Of a stretch of 64,000 nt of DNA, positions 41,471 through 55,214 are shown in pieces. The stretch spans positions 496,001 through 560,000 of the forward strand of contig NW_019028993.1 in assembly GCF_002105155.1 (NCBI RefSeq). The letters run 5' to 3'. The notes below the pieces were generated by a model. The model saw only the letters and a list, made by a program, of their open reading frames with translations, searched no databases and was not told the DNA's origin. Made by a program: the position numbers and the translations under genes. Origin of the DNA: Lobosporangium transversale (lineage: Eukaryota). How positions within the stretch are numbered: the first letter of the stretch is position 1; the number at the start of each line of letters is the position of its first letter.

Positions 41471-43320
41471 ATGCCATCAACAGTTGCTGAGGAAGCTCTT
41501 AAGGCGAGTAAGAAGAGCAAGAAGGAAAAGTCCATCGCAATGGATATTGATGACGATTCTACAACAGTTGTGAACAAAAAGGAAAAGAAGAACAAGAAGG
41601 AGAAAAAGGATAAGAAAGAAAAGAAAGAGAAGAAGGAGAAGAAGGAGAAGAAACGCAAGGCTTCAGATGAGGAGGAAGGAGTATCCAAGGATGAGGACTC
41701 TGCAGATGAACCGGTCATTAAGAAGCTCAAAGCTATTGAAGTAGATGTGGCCTCGCCCCTGAAAGCAACTGTCATCTCTGGAATCGAGCCTACTGCCAGC
41801 GGGCTCATCAAGGCCTTCTATAACCCTACAACTAACAAGACAACCAAAGAACAGGCTCGTGAGTTTTACAAGGAGAACATTATTGAGGTCTCTGGCGACC
41901 AAGAGTTTTTACCTGTTCTCAAGTTTGACGAGGCTGGTTTCAAACCAGAGATGTTGGAAGTCACGAAGGCATTTAAATCACCCAGCCCAATTCAAGCTGC
42001 CTGCTGGCCCATCATCCTTTCTGGCCGAGATGTTATTGGTATTGCTGAAACTGGGTAAGAATCTATTTTTTTTTCTTTTTTTCTTTTTCCACTTTGAAAG
42101 CTACAAAGAGATATTCTCCTATTTTGATAGCTTTTTGTGCAAGATGAAACTCTTATTGAGCTTATTGATCTTATTGACATCCTATTCTTTATGTTTGTGT
42201 GTCATTGGTACATAGTTCCGGAAAAACTCTTGCATTTACTCTGCCAGCATTGATGCACATCCGTGGACAAAAAGATTTCAACATCAAGCCCAAGGCTCCC
42301 ACTGTCCTCGTTATTTCTCCTACCCGTGAGTTGGCGATGCAGACCCAGGAACAATGCGTTGCTGCTGGAAAAGCCTCAGGTATCAAGAGTGTGTGTATCT
42401 ATGGAGGTGTTTCTAAGGATGATCAACGTCGTGCTATTCGCCAAGGTGTTCACATCATTGTCGCTACTCCTGGACGTCTCTTGGATTTGTTGGAGGATGG
42501 AAGCTGCAATATCGACGCTGTTTCATACTTGGTTTTGGACGAAGCAGATCGTATGTTGGACACTGGGTTTGAGGAGGCTATTCGTTCCATCTTGCGTAAG
42601 ACCCGCAAGGACCGTCAGACGGCCATGTTCAGTGCTACCTGGCCTGAATCGGTCAGAAAGCTAGCTCATGACTTTTTGGATCACCCTATCAAGGTCACGA
42701 TCGGATCTCCTGACTTGGGTGCTTCCTCAAATGTTACTCAAATAGTGGAGGTCTTGGATGATCCCCGCAACAAGGAGCGTCGACTCCTCGAGCTATTGAA
42801 GGAGTATCACAAGACTCGTAAGAACCGCATTTTGATCTTTGCCCTTTACAAGAAGGAGGCTGATCGCATCGAGCAAGCATTACAAAGAGCCGGGTATAAA
42901 GTGGGTGGCATTCACGGAGACAAGAACCAACATACCCGCTCCGCTGCCCTGGAGGCCTTTAAGAATGGATCGATTCCTCTGCTAGTTGCCACGGATGTTG
43001 CAGCTCGTGGTATTGATATCGCTGGCATCACACATGTTATCAACGTGACTTTCCCATTGACAATAGAAGACTATGTCCATCGCATTGGACGTACTGGACG
43101 TGGTGGACAGACAGGTGTAGCACACACATTTTTCACACTAAATGAAAAGGGTCTTAGCGGAGCTCTGATCAATGTACTCAACGACGCAGGCGTCAAGATC
43201 CCAGATGAACTCCGCAAGTTTGGTGGTACGGTCAAAAAGAAGGCTCATTCAGTTTATGGCGACCACTTCAAGGACCTTGGTGGTGAGGTCAAACAGCCCA
43301 CCAAGATCCGTTTTGAATAA
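41471..43320 (+). CDS. DBP3: ATP-dependent DEAD-box RNA helicase DBP3 (60S biogenesis), ~562 aa; intron 42055-42215
   Basis: N-terminal KEKK repeats, PSPIQ, AETG|SGKT, PTRELA, ATPGR, DEAD, SAT, ARGID, HRIGRTGR, and the Dbp3-type C-terminus KFGGTVKKKAHSVYG..KIRFE. Confidence 0.95.
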
Positions 43321-44089
43321 TCTGACCAACAAGTTGACTTTGAACATTAGATTATGGCATTTGTTTTTTCTTTCATTTCTTATTACTTTCTGTAACCATA
43401 TCATGTCATATAATATAAATATATATATTTGCTTAGCATATATTTTCCTTGTTTATTAATCGCTCCGTCATTTTGATTATTTGGGCAGTCAAACAGCACC
43501 GCCACAGCCTGTGTGGCTAAAAATAACCCCAAAAGCGCACAGTTGTGCATTCATGATTCTGACCCATTCTCTCTGCCAGGAGTACAAATAAAAAAAATAA
43601 AAAAAAATAAGAGCATGAAGAAAGTTGCTCGTTCTTTTTTTTTCTTTACCCTCCAATCTTTTTCTCCCTTTCTTTCTTTCTCACACTCGTTTATTTTTCG
43701 CTGTTAAACCACCCTTTAATCCTTCTCGTTTCCCTTCCTCCCTTCCTCCATCGAACGCGCAGAAAGGAATAAGGTAAAAATAACAGAAACTTTAACCAGG
43801 CCGAAGAAAAAGGAAAAGGATCCTCACTCCTCTCATTTTCTCTTTTTCTTTTCTTTCTTCTCTTTCTGTTTTGAATCTCAACTGCTCTCAATCATTCATT
43901 TACCCGCTTTGCTCTTTTTTTTTCTTCTTTCTTTCTTTCTTTCTTTCTTTCTTTTACAGGGCCATCACACATCTCTCTTTTTCTCTCTCTCTCTTTCTCT
44001 TTTTTTTTTTTTTTCTTTTCTTTTCTTTTCTTTCTTTTCAAACACGCATACACAAATAGCTCTCTCTCTCTCTTAGATTTCCACAATAA

Positions 44090-46860
44090 ATGGCTGCCAA
44101 CGGCGACGTTCCTCCTCATATCGCTCAACAGCGTCAGCTGTACCATGCAGCCCTTCAGAAGCAAAACGGAGGTGGTGGATATTCGCCTTCTGCTACCAAT
44201 GTAAACGCCTATAGTGGCTACGCACAACAACCTCCACAGAACCAACAGGGATATTATCAGCAACAAGATCCCTATGGCGGCCAACAATATCATCAGCAAT
44301 ACCAGCAACAACAGCAGCCATATGACCAATATGGTGGCCAGCAGCAACAGTATTACCAGCAGCAGCAGCAATACCAACAGTATCAGGACCCACAACACCA
44401 ACAGTATCAACAACCGCCGTACCAACAGCATCAGCAACAACAGCATCAGCAATCACCTGTTGGAGTCCCTGCCACGGTCTCAATTCAGCCTCTCTCTTAC
44501 AACAGGAACAGCAGCGGCAGTGCTACTGCTGCCCAACAACAGCAATCACCACCACAACAGCAACAACAACAACAACATCCTGCTGTTCCTACCCAGACAC
44601 AGATCCGACCTCCTGCTCCCACTTTGGGTGGTGAATATCCTCTTCTGGTCGCTATTGATTTTGGTAAGTCTTAAACGTCCAAAGAATTCACACGTTATCA
44701 AAAAAAAAAAAAAAAAAGGACCTGTGTCTAATATATAACACTTAATAATAGGAACAACATTCTCGGGAGTGGCATATGCATTCAAATCGAATGGAGATGT
44801 TATTGAGATGACTACATGGTAATTTGTCATTATTAATCTGTCAGCGAAATGATGATTGTTCATTGGCCTTCTTTTTCCTTCTATTTGACCAAGAGCGTGG
44901 GCGGTATTCTTGTTGTTGACTCAGCCCTTGCTCCTGAATTTCAAGCATTGGTGTGTGTGTGCACTGAATGTGTGTTGTGTGTGCAGTGTGTGTGTTTAGT
45001 TTTGGGCTGTGTGGGCATCTATTTGACATTTATTTGCCCCTCTCTCTCTTTTTTTTTTTTTTTTTTTTTTCGGAGTATATCGACTTAGCTGATGAGCCTA
45101 GACTGATTAGTTGTTTTTTTCGCTTATTTGTTCTTAACACTAGGCCTCAGCAGGCTAACTTGTACGGAAAAGTACCGACTGTGAGTGCATACAGTAAAGA
45201 GAATGACAAGATGCATTCATGGGGTTATGCAGCCAAGGCAGCCATGTTGACGCCTGCTAGTCGCAACCTGGATCTCCTTCAAAAGTTCAAGTTGTTCCTT
45301 GATAATGATTTGGCACCTTATCTGCCACCTTTACCCAGGACTATCAACCCTCAGAACGCCATCAGCGATTATTTGCGAGCACTCCACACTCATGCCATCG
45401 GTGAAATCTTCAAGAACACAGCTGGAGGCGTGGTCTTTGACCAGTCCCATATTCAATACTGTCTTACAGTCCCTGCCATGTGGACAGACGCTGCCAAGGG
45501 TGTGATGCGTCAAACAGCTATTCAGGCAGGATTGATTCAACCCAGCGATCCAGCTCACCGTCTGCTCTTGGTATCGGAACCCGAAGCTGCAGCCATGTAT
45601 TGTGAAAAGAAATGTGAGCAGTTCAATTTGCGTCATGGAGACCGATTCATGATTTGCGATGCTGGAGGTAATTTTTTTTTTTTTTTTCACATACACAAAA
45701 CATATACACTTGTACACATACACAGAAGCTTTGTTTACTTTGTTTCTTGTATGTACAAATGTTGCACATGTAAACTTGTATAATTGATTTCATTGATTTC
45801 ATCAAACTCAAACCCTCTTTTTCTGCATGCATCTTCCATTTTTTTTTTTTTTTTTTTTTTTTTCATATTAGGTGGTACGGTTGATTTGATTGTCTTTCAG
45901 GTTGATTATAGTACGGGATCGCGTCGCTTAGTGGAGGTCACCCGTGGATCAGGTGCCAGCTGTGGATCAGGGTTCTTGGATGAAAACTTCTCAATGTTGG
46001 TCCGTCAAAAGTTGCAGCGGTACGACCTACAACCCAAGGCATGGGCTCAGATTATGGAAGAGTTTGTGTTCATGCATAAGCCCCAATTTGATGGTGATGA
46101 CGATGCGTTCATTTCGATGCCAGCATCTGTTGCCAACTTGGTGGATTTGGAAATGAGACTCGAGGATGGTCTGTTGGCGATTTCAGCACAGGAGATGCGA
46201 GAGTTGGTCTTTGACCCCGTTGTGAATCAGGTCCTGGGTCTGATTGATGGACAACTAAACCAATCACAGCAGTGCTCTGCCATCTTCTTGGTCGGTGGTT
46301 TTGGTTCTTCGCCATACTTGCATAAGCGTGTTCAGCAAGAGTTTGAGAATCGTGTACCCTTGATTCGTTACCCTCCACGTCCAGATCTGGCTGTGGTTCG
46401 TGGTGCGGTCTACCATGGATTGACCCACCAGCCCGTCCAGGCTCGTGTGGCCCGTCGTTGGTATGGTGTCGACACCACACGCCCTTACAAGGCAGGCGAT
46501 CCTGTAGAGAAAAAATATATGCAGGATGGCAAGTATCGTGTCCGAGACGGATTCTCGGTTTTTGTTCGCCCAGGTCAGTCGATTGGTGTGGATGAATGTA
46601 TTAGTAAAAAATACATCACTCACAAGTACCCAGAGCCATTGTCATCACCATTGTATGTCTACAATGGAGAGGATCAACCAGAGTTTGTGGATTCGCCTGG
46701 AGTCCAAAAGCTGTGTGACTTTACGATCCCATTGCCCCATATGCCTGGTGCTGCACCTGGAACGCCTGTTATTTTCACATTGAGGATGTATTTTGGATTG
46801 ACGGAGCTGAGGGCGGAGGCAGAATTCCAGTCAGGAGAGGTTATTTCCACTTTGTGTCAG

Positions 46861-46866
<6 letters not shown>
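44090..46866 (+). CDS. Atypical Hsp70 (HSPA12-like actin-fold ATPase) with Q/Y-rich N-terminus, ~719 aa; exons 44090-44663, 44752-44818, 45144-45667, 45872-46866
   Basis: VAIDFG|TTFSGVAY, KVPT, WGY, LTVPAMW, SEPEAAA, ICDAGG|GTVD, CGS..LD, FLVGGFGSSPYL, AVVRGAV. Confidence 0.92.
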
Positions 46867-46896
<30 letters not shown>

Positions 46897-47264
46897 GAGT
46901 TGCATTTAATTAGTAGTACAGACAAACATTCACTTGAAATTGTAACAACAATAATAAAATTAAATAACCGCAATAAGCTTTCTCATTTCTTAATTGTTCA
47001 TGAGAATTATGAACCATTCATACTAGCCAATAACAATGTAAATGACGATGCAATTATTGAGGTCGAATTGTCTATTGGCAACACTTGATGGGGAATTATA
47101 TGAACAAATGTTGTTCAAATATATTTTATTAACATCGAAGCGAAACATGGTATATTTGGGAAAGACAAACAAACTATGCAAATGTGTGAATATGTTTGTG
47201 ATTTGGTTGGAATGTACTCTTTTTTATGTTGTTGTTGATGCTGTTGCTGTCATTGCTGCTGCAG

Positions 47265-48306
47265 TTATAACTCCAGACGTCCACATCCAATAATGGTTAT
47301 AGCCTGGATAGGTCGCTCCTCATTATCGGTTGGGATCTTGTTCAATTTGTCCAGCAATGCAAATCCATCGACGCCTGTTCCACCTATGCTGCTTTTTCTG
47401 GTACTGCCATTGGCGCCGCTACTACCATAGTCATTGCCTTGAGTTGTCCCTGCTGCAGCCTCAGTCGTTACATCTTCTACAACTTCTCCAAATGCCACAT
47501 AATTTCCTTCCAAAGCCTTTATCCATCTAGGTCCTTCTCCAATTGTCAAAAAGAATTGTGACCCATTTGAATTCTTGCCTCGGTTCGCCATGGCCAAGAC
47601 ACCTGCCTTCTTGAAGACTCCTTTTCGAAGACCATGGCGTTCATCTGCAAAAGGTTTTGGGTTTTCGACCGAAGGGAAACTTGAAAAGCCACCGCTGCCA
47701 TCATTCTTGGTGAAATCACCTCCCTGGATGATATGGTCCTTGATGAGACGGAAGAATCGAGTGTGGACATATGTAGCCTCATGGACCTTGTTTGTGTAGG
47801 TTGATTCCACAAAATTGAGGAAGTTCTGAGTAGTCTTAGGACAGCCTTCATGATCCAATTTGATGATCAAACGACCACCGGGTAAAGGTGCAGGTTCGTT
47901 CAAGGTAATGGAGCCGCCTTGAGTCAATACTGGGTTAGAATCATAAATCTCTTGAAGGTTTTGTTTATCTTCAAATCCAAGTTCTTCCAAAGTCATTCCA
48001 GCGTAGCCGTATAGGGAGCCATGTGTGGCAAAGAAGGCCTGTCCACGGCGATAGCTTTATTTATTTTGATTTGTATGTTTTTTAACGTAGTTTGAAAAAA
48101 AAAAAAAAAATGAAGAGAAAGGCACAGATGGGACATAGAATATTAATACACGTATGATATAACATTAATATGGACAAGAGCCAAACATCATAAAAAACAT
48201 ACAGATCCCATGAAGTAGCCTTGTATTCTTGATCACCAATCTCAATGTCAAGATAGACAAAGACATCTCCGCTGTTATTAGATGCAGTTGAATTATTGTT
48301 GGCCAT
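47265..48306 (-). CDS. Cyclophilin-type peptidyl-prolyl isomerase with insertions, ~297 aa; exons 48306-48203, 48054-47265
   Basis: VYLDIEIG, GRLIIKL..CPKTTQNF, FFRLIKDHIIQGGDFT..DGSGG, GVLAMANRGKNSNGSQFFLT, YVAFGEV, IIGCGRL. Donor GTATGT, AAG acceptor. Confidence 0.9.
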
Positions 48307-48933
48307 TTTTGAGACAGATCCTGCTGAAAATGTAACTGAATGAGAATGGGAATGAGAGAATGATGATTTAAATGAAAAATTATAAAAAAACATTAAATAC
48401 TCGAGATTGTAACACTTGCCTGCTGACTGAGGTCATTTTCATTTAAAATGTCTCAGTTTCATAACCCCTGAAAGGGGGAGATTCAAAGCAACATCGCATT
48501 ATCGTGGATGACTTTTTGCGTCAAAAGACATGTTTGGATACAGCAAGATGCTGAGCTTATTTTAAACATCCATCATCACTCAGGGGACAATGAATAACGG
48601 AATATCACAACAACAATGACTTCTGACATCTATGGACACCATATTAAGTCGTCCCTTCTTAGTGTGCTTCGATCATTTTGAACCGAGACTCTAATTAAAT
48701 TATGGAGCCGATCAAAAAAGCGCGGTATGATGTAGTGTGGCGTAGCGTGGCACTTAAACAATTCATAATTACAGTCAGAATCGCCATTAATTGCGGAAAA
48801 TAATCTGGAAATAGCACTGGAAGATGAGGCAATCATGCCTGCTAATATAAACATTGTAGCACCCTGTCAATTCCAAAACAACAAAAAAACCGTAAGCTCT
48901 TTAGTTCGCTTCGCACTTTTCCTCCTTTTCTTT

Positions 48934-48970
<37 letters not shown>

Positions 48971-49437
48971 GTGCATGCATATATCATTGCCATTTATGTC
49001 AAAAGGACCATTTGTTTGAGTCTAGGTCTAGCCTCATTTCTATTTCACAAAAGTCACCAATGTCTTCCTTCTCCCACCCTTCGCTCGTATATCCTTGTAT
49101 TTCTAAACGTGTAATACAGAACATGAGCGAGATGTGTGATTTTTATTTAATAAACCGTCCATTGCCCCTCCTCCTCCCCTCTTTCTGACATCAACATCAT
49201 TTTATCCACTTCAAATGTTTGCGTGCTAATCGATAAGGTAGATTCTTGTTACAATGGTCGTACAACAATAATGCCCTTTTGCTTTGGCGTAATTGTTTTA
49301 CTATTGTGGCATGTGAAGTGATCGTTTGACGCGCGCCTGTCACGTGATTTTCCCCCCTACACTTTCATACAACAAATGAAATGCCCACTTTCATTACAAT
49401 CAATGGAACAAAACTAGAAAAAAAAAAAAAAAAAAAA

Positions 49438-50613
49438 ATGTCAAGGATCTATACCTTGGGAATACGAGTTTTCTCAAGGCTCAGCAACAGAGCACCAACA
49501 CCACTGTCATCTTTGAATGAGGGAGCGTCATTTACTAGAATGAATCATGTTGCTAATTCCAACTCATTCCCCTTTTTCCTTCGCGGCAATAAACCAAGTA
49601 TCAACCAGTTTTCAAAGATCCACACGATAGCAATGCCATGCTATCACCATCATTCAAGGCAGTTTTCTACTCAGCCATCCATTCTATCTTCCCAAATACC
49701 TCCGTCTTCTCCATCCCCATCACTATCAACAGATATTTTGAATTATCAGAAACTTTGCACCCCTGATCATCTTGCTGCAACACACTTTGATCTCTCTCGA
49801 ATCAAAGATCCTAAAGAACGAAGTCAGATCTTGCAGGACTTCATCCTTGTACCTGATTATCTTTCTTCAACAGAACATGATATGCTTGTCGATGCCGCCG
49901 TCAGGAAATTGAAGCGCGCTCTTGGCAAACAGATTCGATATGAGGATGGACATTTCGATGGCGTCATTACTCGATACCGTGAATGCTCGGCCTCAGAATG
50001 GGGTAGTAGTGGAGGCGCAGGCCCAGGTGAAGATGCACTCTCATCAACATCAACTTCAGCGATGGCTCGTCCCGAGAGAACGACCCCTCTTGAAATTATG
50101 CAATCTATCAAACGCGAGTTCTTTCCTCTACACTGGCATTGGGTCTCGCCACACATCTTGGAGCTCGAGTCTGAAAAGGGTGGGATCAAACCCCATGTGG
50201 ATCACTTAGATGCTTCTGGAGAAGTCGTTGCTGGACTCTGTTTGGGTTCAGATGCTGTGATGGAGTTGATCCATGAATCCGACCCACATCACAAAACTTT
50301 CAGAGTCCTTTTACCTAAACGGTGTTTTTATTTCCAGCGGGGCCAGGTTCGATATCACTACAAACATGGCATCCCAATCGACCCACAGGACCATGCATTC
50401 AAGGGTAAGATCATTCCCAAGGAGAGACGGATTTCTATCATGCTTAGGGTAAGAAATAAAAATAAAAATAAAAATAAAATAAAAAAAAGTTGTCAATTTT
50501 TTTTTTTTTTTACTAACTCATGAGGCAATTTTCGGTTGCATTTGTTACGTTTGTTACATTTATAGAACGCTTTGGAGTCATCACCATCACACTCAGATAA
50601 ATATAAAATGTAA
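49438..50613 (+). CDS. ALKBH7: AlkB-family 2OG-Fe(II) dioxygenase, ALKBH7-like, with probable mitochondrial presequence, ~352 aa; intron 50449-50565
   Basis: RYEDGHFDGVITRYRE, HILEL, IKPHVD (HxD), VAGLCLGSDAVM, VRYHYKHGI, RRISIMLR; R/S-rich N-terminus with few acidic residues. Confidence 0.85.
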
Positions 50614-51426
50614 TAAATAATTGGTATCGTTGACGCGATGTGGGCTTTCTCTAATAAAAGGTCAATAGACAGGAAGCACTGCAACCGTATAAATATATTG
50701 ATGTGTCTATAACTGTTATTGTCATTGGATTGTAGTTGGATGTCACGTCCAAAAAGTTACACTGACCTACAGTGGTGACCTTCTTTTTTGATGACCGTAT
50801 GGGCTGTTGGGCCAGAGCCTTGAGAAGCCGAGCTCAACCAAAGCAGGGATCACTACTGATAATACCCATGTGTGATACTGCCAAAAAAGGAAAGTGATTA
50901 AGGAGGCGTCATGAAAGTCGAGTTCGCTGGAGCGACAAGGGCCGAACTCAATCACCAGACTAGGAATACTTTTCAGATCGACTTTAAAGACACGAAAAAA
51001 ATATTTTTTCCATACATACACTCCAATACCCTACATATAATACAAAGCTTATCGCGGAGAGGAGAGGATGAGAAACATGAGAACGACAAGAGGGGATGGT
51101 GGATGCGTCAAAAGACTATCTTTCTTGTACATTGCTCGTTTTATTTAAGTTTATTTTATTTTTATTTTTTTGAAAAGTGCAAAACAAAGGTTCAATAACA
51201 ATTCCTATAAGATGCAAGTGATATTAGACATGCCCAAGCTTCCATTCTCTAGATTGACGAGCCTGATGAATAGTGTAATTTTTTATTATCTGCGTGGGAA
51301 AGGGCGAGAGGTGGTAATACAAAGATATGTGCAAACGATGGATAGAAAAAAAAAAAAAAAAAAAAAAGCAAGTAAACTATATGTAGAAAAAGAAAGATCG
51401 GCGTCATAATAAAATCCCAAGCCGAC

Positions 51427-54400
51427 CTACTTCTTTCGATTCGCTATTTTCTTGCCTTGACTTTTCGCGCTTGTCACTTTTGATGATGATGCCACTTGCG
51501 TGGTCACAGCATCGCTCTCCTCTGTATCTGTCACCGTAGTCACTTTGGACCCTTTTTTGGAGGGCTTACGCTGTGAGGCCCTCTTTTTTGGCTCAGCTTT
51601 ATGCTCCACATCAGAGACATCAACTCCACTCTCAACAGTATTGACTGTCGCCTTTGACGTTGTTGCCACAGTTCTTACACTTTTTTTGGTTGCACGGACT
51701 ACCCTCGTGACCTTGGTCGTAGTAGTCGATGGTGCCGTTTCAGTTGATTCTGAATTCGATCCGCTTCCTTCATGCGCTAGGCCTCGCACCCGCCTCTGAG
51801 TGGCTGTAGGTCGCCGACCGTCATGAGCTGATTTTGGCGATGAAGTTGAAGGTTCCCCCGTTTCAACAGAAGGGGAAGCAACGACTGGTGATAAACTGTC
51901 GAATGATCCTTTTCCAGATAGAGTCCCCTCTATTGCAGAGATGGAGCTAACAGAACGCGAGACAGGCTTTGGAGCTCTGGCGGATCTGGATGAAGTTTTG
52001 CCTTTTCTGGACTGTGGTTGTGATCGAGATAAGGCAGAGGAGCCTGACTCATCACTAGCTACATTACCTCCGTCATCTTCGACTTCGCCGGCAGTTGATA
52101 CATCATCACCCACATCAGGCGGTGGTGATGCACGAGAGTCAATCTTATGTCTATAAGATAATAACAGAAGTTGGCGGTATGTTTATATCGTCAGTCATCA
52201 TCTCAGATTTCATCGATTGTTTTCCAAAATAGGCTCTGACTTCTCCGACTTACGCCTCGAAATCAAGTTTTTGGTGTAGGATCGCGCTCAAAATGAATTC
52301 TCTCTTCACGACCTTGAATCCTTTCTTGATCAGGTCCTGGGTATTTTGGCAAAAGACATCAGGCCCAATCACAATAATGCTATCATCAACTACCTTGGGC
52401 TCAGACCTCAACACCTATCATTATCAATGTGGTATTAGACGATATTACTCTATTACTCTATTCTTAACAGATGCGTATAATACAGAGCATTTTTTTTTTA
52501 CCTTTCCCCCGCATACTTCAATCATTGGCCGTATGGTACTTTCAGCCACCTCGCGAGTGATGTGGCCTTCTTCCGCACGAGCCTTATTAATTCCTCCTTT
52601 TACAATATAAAAACTGTAAAATCGAAACAATTCAATGCTGTGATTCAAATTGTCTTTTGCACGTGCACAACTCTCCGCTAGATTGAACCCAAATTTTTCT
52701 TCCATTCCAGAGTCTTTGAAGATATAGTCCTTCGCTGCATGATCAAGCAAAGAAAATAAAAATAAAAATGTGTGAGCATTACATACGTGATAGTCAAAAG
52801 CCAGTAGCAAGACTTTCTAGTCAATAGGTTGCATTTACATGGCTTAAACTCATGACTATTTTTCGAATCCTCAAGCCAATTCATTGTCACAATCGGGATG
52901 CCGCGTACGATAGCACACATAAATTTCGATGTTCGCGAATTGCCTTCAAAGACAAGAATCGTCGCCTCCTTATAGTCCTCCTTGTATGCTCCTCCAAGGC
53001 TCTCAATGGCCTCCGCCCACTTTTTCTTATCCTGAGAAGGAAAAAAAAAAAAAAAAAAAAAAAATCCAGAGATGTTTACCGGATTAGAATTTCTTCTGAC
53101 GTTTGTCACCGGAAAATCATTCAATTGAATGGATCTCTCTCCATTCGTATACCTTGTCAGTCAGTCCTGGAGCACTGATCATGACCTTAGCCTTGTGAGT
53201 GTCCATATCTAGTGTCGATCGTCTGCTCATCATTCGAGATGGTGTGGCACGGACCTGGGTGGATGCTGTAGGTCTCTCGGCCATTGATTCTGTGGTTTCT
53301 ACTTGGCTCTCGGTCCTAATGAGCTTGGATGGCTTAGGTGAGTCCCTCTCAGAATCGCTTTCGATTCCATGTTTTGGTGAACCTTCCTTTGTCCTTTGTG
53401 AAGTCCTACTTGATGGCCGTGAATGACCACTGCCCTCAGGGCCATAGCCTCTATCCACTGGGGCTTGTAGCGGCGGCGATGATGATGGGGTGGTCACAGG
53501 CTCCTGACTACCTTTCAGGATTGCTCGTGGTAGTCCCTCCTGGAGCTCTGCCGCCATAGGGTCGTCCTCATCGCAACTCAATCGTCGTGTTCTGTCGCCC
53601 TCTTGTCCATCCTCTGCAGTGGCAGCAATATGGAAAACAGAGTCGTTGTTGTTGTCGTCATGCCCTCCTGATCCAAAGGATCGATCATATGAATTAGCAC
53701 GAGATCCTGATGCAGGATTGAGCTCCGCAGTGGAAGCTTGGGACACAGGTGCGTGCTCCGGCGTCTGAGGCACCTTGCCTTCCTCTTCGATTAATTGTGC
53801 TCTAGATTTCTTATTTTCTATTCCTTCCTGCCTAACCCGTCTCGCTTCGGTTTGTTCATCGGTCGGTGTTGCTGGAATCCTTTCGACTATACGACGTGTG
53901 GGCCCTGAAGCGGTTCCAGGTTCTAGCTCTAAAGATGGAGAATTTCTTGGCGATTGAGTAGATTGGGTCTCGGCATGGGTTGACTGTGTCTCGCATACTC
54001 TCCCTTGCTGGTAGTCTGCGGTCTCATCCTCGTGAACAGGTGCATTTCTTGGATGTGGTTGTAAATGAGGTTTCGCCATCGTATCAAGTTGCGTGTTTTC
54101 CTCTTGTTTAATTCGCACCTCGCTATAGTCTAGTGCAGGATCCAATATTTGAGTCGGAGCATCAGGATCTAAATACGCTTGAGTTGGCTCAAGAAGCTGA
54201 GTAAGCGCATCATGATCTGTCCTCTCAGTTTGATGGTCTTCAGAGACGTATGGTTGCGTTGGTAGAAGATCGGGGGTTGGAGGAACTGGCTCACGACGTA
54301 TTTTGGTAATATCATCTGGAAGAAATCGGCTTGGTACTCTCGAATGTGAAGGCTCCTCTTCGCCTTCGCTATCGCTATTATCATCTTCATCTACATTCCC

Positions 54401-55182
54401 GTCTTCATTAGAGGCGGGAAGCCTGTCTGGGTCATAGTATTCATTTCTAATCTCATCTGTAGGCCTTTCCAGTTCCTGAGTTATCTCTGGAAGAGTGAGT
54501 GTTTTAGACATTGGCTCAAATTCATCGGGCACACTGTCAGTAGCGTCTGAAGCCAATGGTCTATCCTGAATAGGCACTTGGTGAGTTCCATCCAAATTTG
54601 TGATCGATGTATCGGGTTCTTCTTTTTTAATTTGCGAAGTCGACGCCATGGGTTGATTGCGAATCATACTTATTTCTCTCCCTATACGTGTCTGGCCCAT
54701 AGCACTCTGAATGAAGATACGAAACCCAATACAATACAACATAACACAACACAAAAGCAAAAGAGAACAATAAACAAAGATATTAGTCTAGGGATACAGT
54801 CATTTGCTTTGGCAATAAAGAGAGGCGGTTGAAAACCATATAACATTTACCCGAGGCAATCCATATCTTCGATTTCGACCCAAATACGTACAGCTGAGCG
54901 TTATAAGACCATTTCCAATGCAGACTCGCTAGTGATGTTAGATGAAGGCACCGCAAGGAAGTTAGATGTTATAAACCACGTAACGCACTCTGAAAATGCT
55001 CAGTGTTGATTTTAATGAATGTCGAGAGAACTCATTAACTGTTCGCAACATACTCGGCTTTCTAAAAACTCCCATACATAGACATTGTTCATGGAGAGCC
55101 CATCACGTCCGTTTTCACCCATTATCACAGCATTAGCATCTTCAGGCTAGGTTTCGCGAGAAATATTAATGAGATATAATAA

Positions 55183-55214
<32 letters not shown>

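Noticed and set aside
41374..41811. Antisense ORFs over DBP3, the Hsp70 Q-rich exon (43892-44452) and other exons
   Set aside because: They are shadows of repetitive or codon-biased sense-strand coding sequence.
46864..46892. Poly(A) directly after the Hsp70 stop codon, suggesting a retrocopy
   Set aside because: The gene has three introns, and similar genomic A-tracts occur throughout the window.
50760..51070. GC-richer intergenic patch considered as an ncRNA or small gene
   Set aside because: No tRNA, snRNA or snoRNA signature or credible ORF that I could identify; an Rfam scan would be needed.
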